Shown: one piece after another, positions 63,601-64,000 of the stretch
Layout of the letters: each line of letters begins with the position of its first letter
Numbering within the stretch: position 1 is the first letter of the stretch
Source of the DNA: Podarcis tiliguerta
Lineage: Eukaryota
Strand: one strand, 5' to 3'
Assembly: GCA_965153285.1 (NCBI GenBank)
Contig: OZ229119.1
Length of the DNA: 64,000 bases
The notes under the pieces: model-generated
Databases searched by the model: none
What the model was told of the DNA's origin: nothing
What the model saw: the letters and a program-made list of their open reading frames with translations, nothing else
Translations under genes and position numbers: made by a program

Positions 63601-64000
63601 TTTTATTTTGCTGGTGGTAAACCAGGGGGTCTGCAGGGTAACGCAACAGTAAAAGACGTGTCTTTTGCTATGTTCTATCCCACAAAACACCTGATTCACC
63701 CAGCAGTGCAGCGGGGGTGGGGATGTGTCTTTTGATACTGTGTTGCTGGGCAAATCAGGCATTTGGTGGGGGTAGCACTACAGAAAAAGTTGCATGCCTT
63801 TTGCTGCTGCTGTGCCCGGCAGACCAGCTGACTGCAACCAGTGGTGATGATAGGTGCCAAGTGTGGCACCTGGACATCTGCATCCAGACACAAAAGGCTG
63901 GTTACCAGTTGCAAAATGTGACTGGCAACTGGCTAATTTCCAACGCTGCTAGGAGCTTGGAGGACAGCGCTTGTACGCCAAGCAGTGAAAGGGCCTAGAC

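Larger units (their letters stand above)
1..64000 (-). other. TNRC6B: TNRC6B transcription unit (GW182 paralog B). The first coding exon/promoter and probably the distal 3' UTR end lie outside the window.
   Basis: 22 phase-compatible GT-AG exons encode a GW/WG-repeat Ago-binding region, a Q-rich region, CIM-1 (SRFKQWT), PAM2 ([14 protein letters not shown]), an RRM and the C-terminus ...[15 protein letters not shown] typical of the B paralog. Confidence 0.97.

Noticed and set aside
63553-63704. Repeat-spacer-repeat pattern as a CRISPR-like array
   Set aside because: Only two direct copies with a 112-nt spacer, vertebrate intron context and no cas genes.
49753-64000. Search for the ATG-containing first exon of TNRC6B
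   Set aside because: No convincing ATGAG|GT exon or CpG-island promoter seen; it is presumably beyond the window.

Overview
Vertebrate (squamate, very probably lacertid lizard) genomic DNA. The whole window is one minus-strand gene, TNRC6B (GW182-family Argonaute-binding scaffold of miRNA silencing). I traced 22 coding exons from 49752 down to the TGA stop at 6999-7001. All have GT-AG boundaries and matching phases; they total 5479 nt, about 1827 aa once the missing first exon (ATG AG, beyond the right edge) is added. Positions 1-6998 are a long, apparently transposon-free 3' UTR that probably continues past the left edge. Introns are rich in squamate repeats: Sauria SINE, tRNA/CR1-tailed and MIR/CORE-like SINEs, CR1 and L2 LINE fragments, Tigger-like and Tc2-like MITEs with TA TSDs, and hAT MITEs with 8-bp TSDs. 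Best leads: (i) two cryptic exon-like units in the last intron, one of which would give an alternative C-terminus resembling the real PLLPGDL tail; (ii) three N-runs that look like masking of conserved sequence rather than gaps; (iii) intronic hairpins and inverted repeats. Comparisons with human TNRC6B are from memory, not from a database search. No prokaryotic-type system (CRISPR etc.) is supported.
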